Numbered from the stretch's first letter, positions 17,864-27,518 are shown. The stretch: 64,000 bases of DNA from Candidatus Dormiibacterota bacterium (GCA_019245575.1 JAFARE010000029.1:4158-68157), one strand, 5' to 3'. Translations and numbers: made by a program. The notes: a model not told the origin generated them from the sequence alone.

Positions 17864-18628
17864 GTGCACCCGGAGCTGCAGCTCGCGCTCGAGCTCGCCG
17901 ACCTGGCTGACGCGCTGACCATGGAGCGCTTTCGCGCCACCGACCTCCGCGTCGACACCAAGGCCGACTCCACGCCCGTCACCGACGCCGACCGGCGCAC
18001 CGAGGAGGCGCTGCGCGAGCGCCTGCGCGCGGCGCGTCCGGCGCACGCAGTGGCCGGGGAGGAGTTCGGCGCCGACGGCGAGGCCGAATGGCGCTGGCTG
18101 CTCGACCCCATCGACGGCACGAAGAACTACGCGCGCGGCGTTCCCGTGTGGGCGACGCTCATCGCGTTGCGGCGCAACGACGAGGGCGTGTGCGGCGTCG
18201 TGTCGGCGCCGGCGCTGGGCCGGCGCTGGTTCGCCGCTCGCGGCGACGGCGCATGGTCGTCATCCGGCGACCGGCTGGCGGTGTCGTCCGTGGCCCAGCT
18301 CGACGCCGCGTCGCTCTCCTGCACCGACGTGCGCGACTTCGCGAACCTCGGGCTCGGCGAACAGTTCCATGCGCTGCTGCGCAGCTGCCGCGTGGTGCGC
18401 GGCTTCGGCGACTTCTGGTCGCACATGCTCACGGCGGAGGGAGCGATCGACGTCGGGATCGAGGTGGGCACCCAGCCGTGGGACGTCGCGGCGGTGCAGG
18501 TCATCGTGGAGGAGTCGGGCGGCCGTTTCTCCGATCTCCACGGAGCCCGGCGAATCGACACGCGCAGCGCCGTCACGAGCAACGGTGTGCTGCACGAACA
18601 GGTGCTTGCGATGATGCGGCGCGCATGA
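17864..18628 (+). CDS. Inositol monophosphatase family protein (HisN/SuhB-like), paralog A
   Basis: 254 aa, GTG start. IMPase motifs EEFGADGE, WLLDPIDGTKNYARG, WDVAAVQVIVEESGG. Confidence 0.8.
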   Translation: MHPELQLALELADLADALTMERFRATDLRVDTKADSTPVTDADRRTEEALRERLRAARPAHAVAGEEFGADGEAEWRWLLDPIDGTKNYARGVPVWATLIALRRNDEGVCGVVSAPALGRRWFAARGDGAWSSSGDRLAVSSVAQLDAASLSCTDVRDFANLGLGEQFHALLRSCRVVRGFGDFWSHMLTAEGAIDVGIEVGTQPWDVAAVQVIVEESGGRFSDLHGARRIDTRSAVTSNGVLHEQVLAMMRRA

Positions 18629-19395
18629 GCGAGGATCTCGCGCTGGCGCAGGAGCTGGCCGACATCGCCGACGGCTGGTCGATGGGCAGCTTCCGATCGC
18701 GCACGCTGGAGGTCGTGGCGAAGGCGGATCTGACGCCGGTGACGGCCGCGGACCGCGCCATCGAGCGGACCATCGCCGAGCATCTCGCAGCCCACCGTCC
18801 GGACCACGCCATGATGGGAGAGGAGTTCGGCCTGCAGGGTGACGCGGGGGCGCCATGGCGTTGGGTCATCGACCCGATCGACGGCACTAGGAGCTTCGTG
18901 CGCGGCAACGAGACGTGGGCGACATTGATCGCGCTGCAGCACGAGGGAGAGACGGTCGTCGCCGTGGCCTCGATGCCCGCGCTGGGACAGCGATATCACG
19001 CGTCGCGCGGCGCCGGGGCCGCGATGAACGGGGCCCCGATCCACGTGTCAGAGGTGAGCGTGCTGAGTGATGCGCTGATCACGCACACGAGCATCCCCGG
19101 TTTCGTGCACACGAACCTGGCGGAGCGCCTGCTCAAGCTGGCGGGACAGTGCTGGGACGCGCGCGGCATGGGCAACTCCATGTCGCATCTCGCGGTGGCG
19201 CGTGGGTCGGCGGACATCGGCTGGACCTCGCGCGCCAACGTGTGGGACTTCGCCGCGCTCGCGCTCATCGTGCGCGAGGCGGGCGGCATGTTCACCGACC
19301 GCAGCGCCGACGACGCGCGCCTGGGGGGCACGGGCATATCGTCCAACGGGCTGCTGCACGACCTGGCGCTGCACGCGGCCGGGCTCGTAGACTGA
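18625..19395 (+). CDS. Inositol monophosphatase family protein, paralog B
   Basis: About 256 aa from MSEDLALAQ (ATGA overlap with paralog A's stop). Motifs EEFGLQGD, WVIDPIDGTRSFVRG, WDFAALALIVREAGG. Confidence 0.8.
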   Translation: MSEDLALAQELADIADGWSMGSFRSRTLEVVAKADLTPVTAADRAIERTIAEHLAAHRPDHAMMGEEFGLQGDAGAPWRWVIDPIDGTRSFVRGNETWATLIALQHEGETVVAVASMPALGQRYHASRGAGAAMNGAPIHVSEVSVLSDALITHTSIPGFVHTNLAERLLKLAGQCWDARGMGNSMSHLAVARGSADIGWTSRANVWDFAALALIVREAGGMFTDRSADDARLGGTGISSNGLLHDLALHAAGLVD

Positions 19396-19402
19396 GGCGG
19401 CG

Positions 19403-20116
19403 ATGAGCACGGTCGCGGCATCGGCCGGGGAGGGTGTCACCCAGGCTCCCAGCGCCAAACGCCTCAGCCTGGGGGCGGCGGCGCGGATCTTCGCGCGCTA
19501 CGGGAGCCCGCGCATCATGGCGGTGGCGGCGCTGGCCACCCTCGCCGCACGCATCCCGCTGGGACATTGGAGCCTCGGCGATCTCGCGGTGGCGGGCGGC
19601 ATCCTCGCGGTGGAGCCTTTCGTCGAGTGGCTGATCCACGTCAACCTGCTGCACTTCAAGCCGCGCCAGGTGTTCGGCCGCCGCGTGGACCCGCTGTTCG
19701 CCAAGCGCCACCGCATGCACCATCGCGACCCGCGCAACATCCCGTTGGTCTTCGTGCCCCTGCCCGTGCTGGCCGGCTTCCTGGCGGTGCTCTTCCTCAT
19801 CGCCTGGTTCGCGTTCCCCACGCGCTACCTCAGCGTGACCGCGCTCGCCACCTTCACCTGGTTCTTCTTCGGCTACGAGTGGACGCACTTCCTCATCCAC
19901 TCGCCGTACGTTCCTCGCACGCCGCTCTTCCGCGCGGTGTGGCGGGCGCACATCCTGCATCACTACAAGAATGAGAAGTACTGGTTCGGCGTCACCAGCC
20001 CCATCGCCGACCACGTGCTGCGCACGCATCCCGCCAAGGAGAGCGTGGAATCGTCCCCCACGGCGCGCACGCTCGGCGTGGACGACGAGTTCGAGCTGCT
20101 GCGCGTCCCCGCGTAG
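19403..20116 (+). CDS. Fatty acid hydroxylase superfamily membrane protein (sterol-desaturase-like)
   Basis: 237 aa. His boxes HRMHH and HILHH with hydrophobic segments. Starts 8 nt after IMPase B. Confidence 0.7.
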   Translation: MSTVAASAGEGVTQAPSAKRLSLGAAARIFARYGSPRIMAVAALATLAARIPLGHWSLGDLAVAGGILAVEPFVEWLIHVNLLHFKPRQVFGRRVDPLFAKRHRMHHRDPRNIPLVFVPLPVLAGFLAVLFLIAWFAFPTRYLSVTALATFTWFFFGYEWTHFLIHSPYVPRTPLFRAVWRAHILHHYKNEKYWFGVTSPIADHVLRTHPAKESVESSPTARTLGVDDEFELLRVPA

Positions 20117-20163
20117 ACTGTCGCTCCTCGTCCGTATCGGCCCCGGTCATGAGGAGAACGCGC

Positions 20164-20484
20164 ATGCCCAAATACTTGATCGAGTTCTCGTACACCGCGG
20201 AAGGCGTCAAGGGGCTGTTGAAGGAGGGTGGCACCGCCAGGCGCGAGGAGACCACGCGGCTGGTGGAAAGCGTCGGTGGCACAGTGGAGGCGTACTACTT
20301 CACCTTCGGCAGGGGGGACGGCATCATCCTCGCGGACATCCCGGATCAGGCTGGAGCAGCCGCCGCAAGCCTCACCGGATCGGCCACCGGCGCCGTCCGT
20401 GTGAGGACGACGGTGCTCATCACGCCCGAGGAGATGGACGAGGCTGCGCGCAAGAAGACCGAGTTCCGCGCCCCCGGCGCCTAG
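20164..20484 (+). CDS. GYD domain protein
   Basis: About 106 aa MPKYLIEFSYTAEGVKGLLKEGGTARREETTRLVESVGGTVEAYYFTFGRGDGIILADIPD. GAGGAG lies 7 nt upstream. Confidence 0.7.
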   Translation: MPKYLIEFSYTAEGVKGLLKEGGTARREETTRLVESVGGTVEAYYFTFGRGDGIILADIPDQAGAAAASLTGSATGAVRVRTTVLITPEEMDEAARKKTEFRAPGA

Positions 20485-20505
20485 CCTCTCAGCCGCGCAG
20501 CGAAC

Positions 20506-22488
20506 CTACAGATGGATGCCGCGCATGAGCATGCCCAGCGCGTAGGCCTCGGGCGTCACCGGCTGCTCCGGCTTGGCGCCGTCGCTCTCGCGCCTGCCGG
20601 CGCTGTCGGGAAGCATGTGGAATGCGCCGCTCATGATCAGGTGATGGAACCCCGGCGCGACGGCGTGCACGAGCTCGCCGAACTTGCCCACGCGCGTGGA
20701 CACTTCGTGCGGCCGCTTGATCAGCGCCTCCACCACCATGTCGGCGGCCTCGTCGGGGCTGATGGTTGGGAAGCTGCGGTACAGCCCGGTGGGCGCGATC
20801 ATCGGCGTGCGCACCAGCGGCATGTGGATCGTGGTGATGTCGATCCCATCGCCGCTCACCTCCGGTGCGAAGCAGCGTGAGAAGCCGTCCAGCGCGTTCT
20901 TGCTCGCCACGTAGGCGGCAAACCGCGGCGGATACGTCTGGCCGCCGATGGAGGTGATGTTGACGATGTGTCCGCTGCCACGCTCGCGCATCCCAGGCAC
21001 GACCGCGAGGATCATCGCCACCGCCCCGAAGTAGTTGAGCTGCATCGTGCGCTCGAAGTCGTGGAAGCGGTCCAGCGAGTTGAGCACGGAACGGCGGATC
21101 GACCGCCCGGCGTTGTTGATCAGCACGTCGACCCGGCCGTGCTCCTCGAGCACGCGCCGCACCAGCCGGCCGCACGCGTCCGGGTCACTCAGGTCCGTGG
21201 GATACACGTGCGCCTTGCCGCCGGCGGCCTCGACCTCGGCGCGCATCTCCTCCAGCTTGTCCTCGGAGCGGGCGACGCCGATCAACGTCGCCCCGGAAGC
21301 GGCGAGGTGCATGCACACGGCGCGGCCGATGCCGCTGGAGGCGCCCGTGACGATGATCACCTTCCCCGAGACGACGCGGCGCGTGTTGGCCGGCGTGGGC
21401 AGCTCCGGGTCGAGATGGCGCTCCCAGTAGTCCCACACCTTCCACGCGTACGTGTGCAGCGGCGGGCATGTGATGCCCGTGCCGTCGAGCGCGTTCCGCG
21501 CCTCGGTGCTGTCGAACGTGGCCCGGTAGTCGACGTACTGCAGCGCAGCCGCGGGCACGCCGAGCTTGTCCAGCACCTCGTCCACGATGCGACGCACCGC
21601 GGGCAGCTGGCCGACCGCGCTGAGCGGACCTGACGGGATCATGCGCACCATTCGCCGGTCGAAGCGCAGCGCGAACTCGGGCGCGTGCGCAGCTCGGCAG
21701 AAGGTGTTGATCGTGTCGCCCAGCGACAGGGGGTCCGGGTCCGTCAGGTGGAACGCGCGCCCATCGAGGCCGTCCAGGTGCGAGATGTGGTCCATCGCGC
21801 GCGCCACGAAATCGACCGGCACCAGGTTGAGCGGGCTGCCCTCAGGTCCGACGAACGGCATCCACTGGGGAAACGAGTCGCGCAGCCGCTGGATCAGCTT
21901 GAAGGCGTAATAAGGACCGTCGACGCGGTCCGCCTCGCCGTTCTCCGACGACCCGATGACGATCCCGGGGCGGTAGACACGCCATGGAACATCGCTGTCC
22001 TCGCGCACGATGCGCTCCGACTCGTACTTGGTGCGGAAGTACGGATGGTCGAGGCGCTGGCCCTCGGCGAACATCTCCTCGGTGAAGACACCCTCGTAGT
22101 GGCCGGCGACGGCGATGGAGCTGGCGTGATGCAGCCGCGCCGCACCGATGTCGTTGACGAACGCCACGAGGTTGCGCGTCCCCTCGACGTTGGCGCGCTC
22201 GGCCTCCTCCTCGGTCGCGGTGAGGTCGTAGACGGCAGCGAGGTGATAGACGGTCGCACCGCGCAGCCGCTTGCGGTCGTCCGCATTGACGCCGAGGCCG
22301 GGCTCGCCGATGTCGCCCAGGACGGCGACGAGGCGTTCGCCGCCGGGGTCCAGCTGCTCGCGCAGCGCCGCGAAGCGCGCCCGCGACCCGGAGCGCACCA
22401 GCACGAACACCCGCCCCTCGCGCGCCAGGAGCAGTGGCAGCAGGTGCCGGCCGATGAAGCCCGTCGCGCCGGTGACGAAGTAGTCCAC
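20506..22488 (-). CDS. Fatty acyl-CoA reductase fused to an SDR domain (AcrA1-like, fatty alcohol/wax ester pathway)
   Basis: 660 aa. N-terminal FVTGATGFIGRHLL NAD(P)-binding/male-sterility-type reductase domain. C-terminal classical SDR (VIIVTGASSGIGRAV...YVASKNAL). Confidence 0.75.
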   Translation of the reverse strand: MDYFVTGATGFIGRHLLPLLLAREGRVFVLVRSGSRARFAALREQLDPGGERLVAVLGDIGEPGLGVNADDRKRLRGATVYHLAAVYDLTATEEEAERANVEGTRNLVAFVNDIGAARLHHASSIAVAGHYEGVFTEEMFAEGQRLDHPYFRTKYESERIVREDSDVPWRVYRPGIVIGSSENGEADRVDGPYYAFKLIQRLRDSFPQWMPFVGPEGSPLNLVPVDFVARAMDHISHLDGLDGRAFHLTDPDPLSLGDTINTFCRAAHAPEFALRFDRRMVRMIPSGPLSAVGQLPAVRRIVDEVLDKLGVPAAALQYVDYRATFDSTEARNALDGTGITCPPLHTYAWKVWDYWERHLDPELPTPANTRRVVSGKVIIVTGASSGIGRAVCMHLAASGATLIGVARSEDKLEEMRAEVEAAGGKAHVYPTDLSDPDACGRLVRRVLEEHGRVDVLINNAGRSIRRSVLNSLDRFHDFERTMQLNYFGAVAMILAVVPGMRERGSGHIVNITSIGGQTYPPRFAAYVASKNALDGFSRCFAPEVSGDGIDITTIHMPLVRTPMIAPTGLYRSFPTISPDEAADMVVEALIKRPHEVSTRVGKFGELVHAVAPGFHHLIMSGAFHMLPDSAGRRESDGAKPEQPVTPEAYALGMLMRGIHL

Positions 22489-22633
22489 GATGGAGTTCTC
22501 CTGCCCTGCTGCCGCTGCTCGCGGCAGGATAGGTCAAACCCCGCACCGAACTGGCCCACGCCTTGCGAGAGGCGCGCGACCGGCCCCGGTGGGCACAATT
22601 GACATACACGTCAACTTTCCGAGGTACCCCGAG

Positions 22634-23800
22634 ATGCCCGAACCCGTCGTCGTCGCCGCCGGCCGCTCCGCCATCGGGCGCGCCATGAAGGGCTCGCTGG
22701 TGAACATGCGGCCGGACGAGCTGGCCGCGTCCGTCGCCGACAAGGTGCTGGACCGCGTCCCACAGCTGGACCGCAGCGAGATCGAGGACCTCATCTGCGG
22801 GTGCGGGCTCCCCGGCGGTGAGCAGGGCTTCAACCTCGGCCGCGTGGTGAGCATCCTGGCCCGCCTGGAGGTCCCCGGCACGACGATCACCCGCTACTGC
22901 GCCTCGTCGTTGCAGAGCACGCGCATCGCGGCGCACGCGATCCGCTCCGGCGAGGGCGACGTGTTCCTCAGTGTCGGGGTCGAGTGCGTGTCGCGCTACA
23001 TGAACGGCACCAGCGACATGCCCCAGTGCCGCAACCCGCGGCTCGACTCGGGCAACAGCGAGGGCTATCCGGACATCTACATCACGATGGGCAACACGGC
23101 TGAGAACGTCGCCCAGCGCGAGGAGATCTCGCGCGAGGAGATGGACCGCTTCGCGCTGCGCAGCCAGCAGCGCGCGGTCGAGGCGCAGGACTCCGGCTTC
23201 TTCGCGCGCGAGATCATCCCGGTGGAGCTTCCCGACGGCGGCGGTGAGTTCAGCAAGGACGACGGCCCGCGGCGCGAAACGTCGCTGGAGAAGCTGGCCT
23301 CGCTGCAGCCAGTGTTCCGCGAGAACGGCAGTGTCACCGCGGGCAACTCGTGCCCGCTCAACGACGGCGCCGCGGCGGTGGTGGTGATGTCGGACACGCG
23401 GGCCAAGGAGCTCGGCATCACGCCGCTGGCGCGCATCGTGTCCACCGGTCTCACCTCGCTGCAGCCGGAGTACATGGGCCTTGGGCCGATCGAGGCCTCG
23501 CGTCAGGCGCTGCAGCGCGCCGGCATGACCATCGACGACGTCGACGTCGTGGAGCTCAACGAGGCGTTCGCCGCCCAGGTGATCCCATCGGCGCGCGGCA
23601 TCGGCATCGATCCGTTCGACGACCGGTTCAACCCGCACGGTGGAGCAATCGCGCTGGGCCATCCGTTCGGCATGACCGGCGCGCGCATCCTCTGCACGCT
23701 GCTGAACGACCTGCAGACACTCGACAAGAGCATCGGCCTGGAGACCATGTGCGTGGGCGGCGGCCAGGGCATGGCCATGGTGGTGGAGCGGCTCAGCTAG
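22634..23800 (+). CDS. Acetyl-CoA C-acyltransferase (thiolase)
   Basis: 388 aa from MPEPVVVAAGRSAIGRAMKGSL. Thiolase motifs RYCASSLQS (active Cys), NPHGGAIALGHPFGMTGARI, CVGGGQGMAMVVERL. Confidence 0.85.
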   Translation: MPEPVVVAAGRSAIGRAMKGSLVNMRPDELAASVADKVLDRVPQLDRSEIEDLICGCGLPGGEQGFNLGRVVSILARLEVPGTTITRYCASSLQSTRIAAHAIRSGEGDVFLSVGVECVSRYMNGTSDMPQCRNPRLDSGNSEGYPDIYITMGNTAENVAQREEISREEMDRFALRSQQRAVEAQDSGFFAREIIPVELPDGGGEFSKDDGPRRETSLEKLASLQPVFRENGSVTAGNSCPLNDGAAAVVVMSDTRAKELGITPLARIVSTGLTSLQPEYMGLGPIEASRQALQRAGMTIDDVDVVELNEAFAAQVIPSARGIGIDPFDDRFNPHGGAIALGHPFGMTGARILCTLLNDLQTLDKSIGLETMCVGGGQGMAMVVERLS

Positions 23801-23815
23801 CGGAGCGGGGAGCGC

Positions 23816-25039
23816 TCAGCGGCGCACGCTGCGGCTGGCCACGCCGGTGAGCGACACCTCCGTGTCACCGGCGGCGCGCCGCGCGGAGCGCACGGCGGTG
23901 GCGAGCGTCTCCACCGCATCGTCCGCCTGGCGCCGCTCCAGGATCAGCGGAGGCATCAGCCGGATGACGTTGTTGTTGCCAGGAATGGCCAGAATGCCCC
24001 GCTCCTGAAGCGCGAGGAGGATACCCGCCGCGTTCTGCGTCATCTCCAGGCCGATCATCAGGCCCCTCCCCCGCACCTCCCGGATCTGGGCGATGCGCAG
24101 CGCACGGAGGCGGGCGAGGAAGTGCTCGCCGACGGTGGCCGCATGCGTCTGCAGCGTGGGATTGGTCACGATCGACAGGGTTGCGGCCGCCGCGGTGAAC
24201 ACCAGCGGGCTCCCCGCCTTCGCGTCACGGTGCCATCCGGGTCGAAGGCGGAGTCGGCGCGCGACCTCCGAGCGCATGGCCACGACACCGATGGGCAGCC
24301 CGCCGGCGAGGCTGCGGCCGAGGCACAGCATGTCCGGCGTCACCTGGTCGCGCGTGCACTGCAGCAGCGCCCCGCCGCGCAGCGCGGTGTCCACCTCGTC
24401 CGCGATCAGCAGCACGTCATGACGCCGGCACGCGCGCGCCGCAGCGGCAAGGTAACCGTCAGGCGGCACGTGCACACCTGCGTCGACCTGCACCGGCTCC
24501 ACGATCACCGCGGCCACCGTCTCGTTGAGCACGGCGTCGAGCGCCTCGACGTCGCCGAACGGCACGCTCATGGTGTCGCCCGCGCGCACGACGCGATGCA
24601 GCATCCGCGAGCGCTGGACGCCGGGTTCCGGCAGCGGCCCGCGCGCCGCACCGGTCATGACGATGATGCGGCGGCGCCGAGTCACCAGGCGCGCCGCGGT
24701 GACGGCCGCGGCGACGGCCTGCGTGCCGCTCTCCACGATCGTGACGTCGGTCAGCGCGTCGGGCGTCACGACGCTGAGTGCTTCGACCAGCTCGTCACGC
24801 GCGTCGGAGTCGACGGCGGCGTTCAGCGCAGTGACGCGGGTGAGCTGACGTGTCATCGCCTCGACCACGAGCGACTGCCCGTGGCCCAGCAGTGCGGCGC
24901 CGTCGTCGCCATCCAGGTCGAGGTAGCGACGGTCGTCCTCGTCCCACACGTATGCACCCTCGCCGCGCACGATGCGCAGAGGCCGCGGTGCGACCAGGGG
25001 CAGGAAGCGGAGCCAACGGCGTGGTAGAACGGCGTTCAT
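23816..25039 (-). CDS. Class III (omega-) aminotransferase family protein
   Basis: About 407 aa from the internal ATG at 25037-25039. AT-III fold motifs LLIADEVDTALRGG and VLCLGRSLAGGLPIGVVA. Somewhat divergent. Confidence 0.65.
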   Translation of the reverse strand: MNAVLPRRWLRFLPLVAPRPLRIVRGEGAYVWDEDDRRYLDLDGDDGAALLGHGQSLVVEAMTRQLTRVTALNAAVDSDARDELVEALSVVTPDALTDVTIVESGTQAVAAAVTAARLVTRRRRIIVMTGAARGPLPEPGVQRSRMLHRVVRAGDTMSVPFGDVEALDAVLNETVAAVIVEPVQVDAGVHVPPDGYLAAAARACRRHDVLLIADEVDTALRGGALLQCTRDQVTPDMLCLGRSLAGGLPIGVVAMRSEVARRLRLRPGWHRDAKAGSPLVFTAAAATLSIVTNPTLQTHAATVGEHFLARLRALRIAQIREVRGRGLMIGLEMTQNAAGILLALQERGILAIPGNNNVIRLMPPLILERRQADDAVETLATAVRSARRAAGDTEVSLTGVASRSVRR

Positions 25040-25139
25040 GATCGGTTCCGTTGCGCGTGGGAAAATGCCCCTCGCTGCCGCAACTGTAACCGGCAATTCG
25101 AGTTTGTGACCGATCCTGCGAAAACGAGGCTTGGGCGCT

Positions 25140-25240
25140 GTCCTTTGCGGGACCACGGGCGTCGAGCGGCTCTGCCGCTCGCGCCCTGCTACTCGGCTCG
25201 ACTCACGCTCCGAGGGCAGCCGTCTCGCCTCCGTAGACGG
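25140..25240. repeat. Intergenic repeated element, copy A (about 100 nt; shares a 24-nt and a 15-nt identical block with copy B at about 45.2 kb)
   Basis: Copy A: tgtcctttgcgggaccacgggcgtcgag...ACTCGGCTCGACTCACGCTCCGAGggcagCCGTCTCGCCTCCGTagacgg. Copy B at 45213-45312 has the same blocks. Internal hairpins CTCGG...CCGAG and CCGTCT...AGACGG. Confidence 0.5.
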
Positions 25241-25287
25241 TCCCGCATCGGACAGCGCCCCAACCTCTTCGCAGGCACGTCACACGC

Positions 25288-26115
25288 TCAATCGCCGGTT
25301 GCAATGGGGCGGCGAGGGTCCGTTATCCAGTCGCTCCAGCTGCCGACATAAAGCGCCGCGTCGATGCCGGCCACTGCGAGGGCGAGCACCTCCTGCGCCG
25401 CGGTGACTCCCGAGCCGCAGTAGGCCCCGACGGTGGTGCCCGGGTGGGCGCCGATTGCTTCGAACCGCGCACGGAGGTCGTCGGCCGGAAGCAGCAGTCC
25501 CGAGTCGCCCAGCAGGCCGGCGACCGGCAGGCTTCGCGCCCCCGGGATGTGGCCGGCCACGGGGTCCACCGGCTCCACCTCGCCGCGGAAGCGTGGGGCG
25601 GCGCGGGCGTCGAGGAGCAGGCCCTCTGCCGCGAGCCGGCCCGCGTCGCCGGCGTCCAGCAGAGGCATGTGTCCGGGGCTCGCGGTGAAGTCCCCGGCGA
25701 CGGGCGCGGGCTCTTCGGTCGTCAGGGGTCGAACCGCCGCGCGCCACGCCGCCAGGCCTCCGTCGAGCACGCGGACGTCCGGGTGGCCGTAGTAGCGAAG
25801 GTCCCACCAGGCGCGCGCCGCAGCCGCCCCGGCGCCGCCGTCGTACACCACCACCGGGCGCTCGCGGCTCACGCCGTGGGCCCGCATCGCCGCCTCGAAG
25901 ACGCGAGCGTCCGGAAGCGGATGCCGCCCCGGCCCCGGTGGACCGGCGAGCTCGCGGTCGAGGTCCGTGTAGACAGCCCCCGGGATGTGGCCCCGGCGGT
26001 AGCCCTCGACCCCCGGAGGCCCGCCGAGCTCCCAGCGGACGTCGAGCAGGGCGGGCGGAGTGGCCGACCGCATCGCGGCCGCAAGGTCGGAATCTGATAC
26101 CAGGGGCGATACCAT
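25288..26115 (-). CDS. Thiosulfate/3-mercaptopyruvate sulfurtransferase (tandem rhodanese domains)
   Basis: 275 aa. Active-site loop YCGSGVTA, two rhodanese modules. Confidence 0.8.
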   Translation of the reverse strand: MVSPLVSDSDLAAAMRSATPPALLDVRWELGGPPGVEGYRRGHIPGAVYTDLDRELAGPPGPGRHPLPDARVFEAAMRAHGVSRERPVVVYDGGAGAAAARAWWDLRYYGHPDVRVLDGGLAAWRAAVRPLTTEEPAPVAGDFTASPGHMPLLDAGDAGRLAAEGLLLDARAAPRFRGEVEPVDPVAGHIPGARSLPVAGLLGDSGLLLPADDLRARFEAIGAHPGTTVGAYCGSGVTAAQEVLALAVAGIDAALYVGSWSDWITDPRRPIATGD

Positions 26116-26228
26116 TGGGGTCGGGCGCCCTCCGCGTCGAAACCGGCCGGCGGACAGCGGCGTTCCCAGTTTGAAGGCCTCTCGAGCGCGGCCTGGCTGG
26201 AATCGAACAATGGTACGGTGGTAGATCG

Positions 26229-27503
26229 ATGACCCGAGGCTCTGGGGTGCGACGGCTGGGGCCGGCCGTGGCCGCCGGTTCGGCGGTGCTCGTGCTCGCT
26301 TCCTGCTCTGTCCCCACCGTGGTCGGCGGCGGCGCCCCGGCGCGCGCGACGCAGTCGCAGGCGCCCGCTGCTCCTCCGCATCTCACCGTGTCTCCGGGTT
26401 CGAACGGCCAGGGACTTCCCCTCGACACACCCGTGTACGTCGTGGCGGACTCCGGGCGGCTCACCGGCGTCAACTTCCAGGAGGCGGGAGTCGGCACCCC
26501 GTCCGGCGGACAGCTGTCACCCGACGGACACACGTGGCACATGGCGGACGGTCTCGACTCGTCCGCCAGCTACACGCTGACCGCAACGGCGTCGAACGGC
26601 GCGCAGACCGTGTCGTCGCATGTGAGCTTCACGACGCTGTCCGCCGGCGACCGGCTCGTCACCAATGTGTTCCCCGGCGACGGCAGCACCGTGGGTGTGG
26701 GCGAGCCCATCGACCTCACGTTCAACACATCGATCCCGGATGACCGCAAGGCCGCGCTGCTGAACCGCATCCAGGTCACATCGAACCCAGGTGTCATGGG
26801 CGCATGGCACTGGTTCTCCGACAGGCAGGTGCACTTCCGCCCGCAGAGCTACTGGCCCAGCGGCACGAAGGTGAACATCACGGCGAACCTCAAGGGATTC
26901 GACGCCGGCAACGGCACGTGGGGGCTCGGTGACTGGGCCCAGAGCTTCACCGTCGGCGCCAAGCACGTGTCGCTCATCGACGACACCACGCACCAGATGC
27001 AGGTGTACGACAACGACCAGCTGATCAACACCTGGCCCGTGAGCATGGGCAAGCCGGGCTTCCCCACGCTCGAGGGCACGCTCGTCGTGCTCTTCAAGGT
27101 CTACAAGGTGAAGATGAACTCGTGCTCCACCTTCGGCACCTCCGCGGCGTGCGTGCCGGGCGGCGCCAACTACTACGACGAGGACGTCTTCTACGACACG
27201 GCCATCTCCACGAACGGATTCTTCATCCATGCCGCGCCGTGGTCGGTGTACGCGCAGGGCTCCTACGACGTCTCTCACGGCTGCGTCAACCTGAGCACCG
27301 ACCGGGCGATCACGTTCTACAACTGGAGCCAGATCGGCGATGTGGTCGTCATCTCGCACACCGGCAACGTCGCCGACATCACCAACGGCGAGGCCGACTG
27401 GCAGATCCCCTTCAGCCAGTTCACCAACACGCCGGGTGACAGTCCCGTGTTCACCGGCAACGGCAGCGGTCCCACCGGCTCCGGCGTCACGCACACGTAC
27501 TGA
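26229..27503 (+). CDS. L,D-transpeptidase lipoprotein (LdtMt2-like: Ig-like domains plus YkuD catalytic domain)
   Basis: 424 aa. Lipobox LASCS. Catalytic motif SHGCVNLS, preceded by HAAPWSV. Confidence 0.8.
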   Translation: MTRGSGVRRLGPAVAAGSAVLVLASCSVPTVVGGGAPARATQSQAPAAPPHLTVSPGSNGQGLPLDTPVYVVADSGRLTGVNFQEAGVGTPSGGQLSPDGHTWHMADGLDSSASYTLTATASNGAQTVSSHVSFTTLSAGDRLVTNVFPGDGSTVGVGEPIDLTFNTSIPDDRKAALLNRIQVTSNPGVMGAWHWFSDRQVHFRPQSYWPSGTKVNITANLKGFDAGNGTWGLGDWAQSFTVGAKHVSLIDDTTHQMQVYDNDQLINTWPVSMGKPGFPTLEGTLVVLFKVYKVKMNSCSTFGTSAACVPGGANYYDEDVFYDTAISTNGFFIHAAPWSVYAQGSYDVSHGCVNLSTDRAITFYNWSQIGDVVVISHTGNVADITNGEADWQIPFSQFTNTPGDSPVFTGNGSGPTGSGVTHTY

Positions 27504-27518
27504 GAACCGCCCCGCCGC

